The notes under the pieces: model-generated | Database searches by the model: none | What the model was told of the DNA's origin: nothing | Seen by the model: only the letters and a program-made list of their open reading frames with translations | Part shown: piece after piece, positions 36,309 through 37,860 of the stretch | How the letters are laid out: each line of letters opens with the position of its first letter | Position numbering within the stretch: the stretch's first letter is position 1 | NCBI GenBank assembly: GCA_043822705.1 | Contig: JBDRBK010000162.1 | Span: forward strand, 1-37,860 | Reading direction: 5' to 3' | DNA length: 37,860 nucleotides | DNA from: Fidelibacterota bacterium | GTDB lineage: Bacteria > Fidelibacterota > Marinisomatia > Marinisomatales > TCS56 | Position numbers and translations under genes: made by a program

Positions 36309-36887
36309 TTATATCCCAATCAATTCCCTGGCAACTTTATCGGAAGCGGTCTTGATCTTTTCGTGCAGCGAATTACCGTGGGAATCCATCGTCACCACGG
36401 CCGGGAAATCTTTCACTTCCAGCACCCACATCGCTTCGGGAACGCCGAACTCTTCCAGTTTGATCACATCCTTGACTTTGGTCACGGACTGAGCCAGCAA
36501 AGTGGCGGCACCGCCGATGGCATGCAGGTAAACGGCGCCGGATTCTTTCAGGCCGGCCAGCGTCTTGGCGCCCATTCCGCCTTTGCCGATCACGCCGCGC
36601 AGCTTAAATTCCTTGATCACATCCGCCTGGTAAGGTTCTTCCCGGATTGAAGTAGTCGGTCCCGCGGCGACAAATTTCCACTCGTCACCGGTCTTCGATA
36701 CTACCGGACCGCAGTGATAAATCACCGATCCTGCCAGCAGGTCGCGGACGTAATCGGGTTTTTCGGAGATCAGCCAGGAGTGCGCTTCATCGCGGCCGGT
36801 CACCATGATTCCGTTCAAAGCCACTTCATCGCCGACTTTCAGCCGGCGGGCGTCAGCTTCGCTGAGCGGTAGTTGCAGTCTAACCAT
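36309..36887 (-). CDS. Fe-S hydro-lyase beta subunit (class I fumarate hydratase / L-tartrate dehydratase type)
   Basis: LKVGDEV.LNG...TGRDEAH, YHCGP, AGPTTSIRE, GKGGM, MDSHGNSLH. Confidence 0.94.
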   Translation of the reverse strand: MVRLQLPLSEADARRLKVGDEVALNGIMVTGRDEAHSWLISEKPDYVRDLLAGSVIYHCGPVVSKTGDEWKFVAAGPTTSIREEPYQADVIKEFKLRGVIGKGGMGAKTLAGLKESGAVYLHAIGGAATLLAQSVTKVKDVIKLEEFGVPEAMWVLEVKDFPAVVTMDSHGNSLHEKIKTASDKVARELIGI

Positions 36888-37770
36888 AGATCACCTCGCT
36901 TTCCTTGAAGAGCATCTCCCGGCGGCGGTCAGCCCAGCACATGTAGGCGATCGACACGAAGAATGAAGCGGGCAGGCGGTGCAAGGCGCCGATTTTGACA
37001 CCCAGCACGGTGGTGTTGCCGCCGAATCCCAGCGGACCGATGCCCAGTTTGTTCAGATCGCTGAACAATTTCTGTTCCAACTGATCCAATTGCTGATCCG
37101 GGTTGACGTCGTCCAACCGCCGGAACAACTGTTTTTTGGCCGTCACCATGCCGGTGGCCCGGTCGCCACCAACTCCGATTCCGATCACACCGGGCGCGCA
37201 GCCCAGTCCCTGGGCTTTATTGACCGCATCCACGATGCATTTGTAAACGCCTTCCAGGTTGCGGCCGGCCTTTAATCCGGTGTCCGGCAGCTTGTACTGA
37301 GCCGAGACATTCTCACAGCCACCGCCTTTCAGCGCCAACTGGATTTTTATTGCCGGTTCGTCCCATTCTTCGAAATGGATATAGGGCGACATGACACCGG
37401 TGTTGTCACCGGAGTTTTTTCCGGAGATCGAGTCGACGGCATTGGGCCGCAGGTAGGCTTTTTCAGTGGCCAGGCGGGTAGCGGCGACAATGGCATTTTC
37501 GACTTTACGCAGCGAAACGCCTTCCGGAATCGTCACGAAATGAATATTGGTGCCGGTATCCTGGCAGATCGGCGTACTGCCGGTATCGGCCATTTCCACG
37601 TTGCGGAGCATGGAGCCCAGCACCGATTTGGCGGCACTACCTGGCGCCTCGCCGGCCATGGCTGTTTGCATGGCGGCGATAACGTCGGCCGGTAGTTTGG
37701 TCGACGTCCGCCGGATCAGCTCCAGAACGGCATCCCGGAGCTTGCCTTCGTCAAGTTTAAAACCTGTCAT
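36880..37770 (-). CDS. Fe-S hydro-lyase alpha subunit (class I fumarate hydratase / L-tartrate dehydratase type)
   Basis: PICQDTG, LRPNAV, KGGGCEN, GCAPG.IGIGVGG, GIGPLGFGG, HRLPAS, CWADRR; GGAGG RBS. Confidence 0.94.
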   Translation of the reverse strand: MTGFKLDEGKLRDAVLELIRRTSTKLPADVIAAMQTAMAGEAPGSAAKSVLGSMLRNVEMADTGSTPICQDTGTNIHFVTIPEGVSLRKVENAIVAATRLATEKAYLRPNAVDSISGKNSGDNTGVMSPYIHFEEWDEPAIKIQLALKGGGCENVSAQYKLPDTGLKAGRNLEGVYKCIVDAVNKAQGLGCAPGVIGIGVGGDRATGMVTAKKQLFRRLDDVNPDQQLDQLEQKLFSDLNKLGIGPLGFGGNTTVLGVKIGALHRLPASFFVSIAYMCWADRRREMLFKESEVIYG

Positions 37771-37860
37771 AATCCCTCCGTTATCATTATCTGTTTGATA
37801 CTGATCTTATTTAACGGTCCAAGTGTCACCGGAATTTAACAAATCGTGCAAATCGCCTAC

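Overview
Bacterial chromosomal window, mostly moderately GC-rich. A Gram-negative FCB-group host such as Marinimicrobia is suggested by gene style, but this is inference only. The core genes are the 5' part of aspS, a complete F1Fo ATP synthase operon (atpI-B-E-F-H-A-G-D-C, minus strand) preceded by fxsA, a TetR/TonB-receptor/HmuY-like uptake locus, an IorAB-type molybdoenzyme, an S46 peptidase, msrBA, two PLP enzymes, PBP1A and a two-subunit Fe-S hydro-lyase. The most unusual part is 630-5060, between aspS and atpC. It holds a stand-alone IS200-like HUH/Y1 transposase without TnpB and several families of short palindromes (REP-like). It also holds an AT-rich ~3 kb cargo: a HEPN-motif gene, a diverged second copy of the atpC 3' end, and an AbiEi/AbiEii pair. 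This cargo is bounded by a 13-bp direct repeat and appears to split one arm of a symmetric REP composite; the REP hairpin supplies the abiEii stop codon. Other notable items: a Fic gene with three operator-like inverted repeats, a 21-bp array that is open on both strands, a frameshifted bolA/glutaredoxin relic, an unlisted 47-aa membrane ORF, and a cassette-like DUF4256 gene. No CRISPR array, tRNA, rRNA or integrase was seen. All family calls come from motif recognition by eye; no database search was run.
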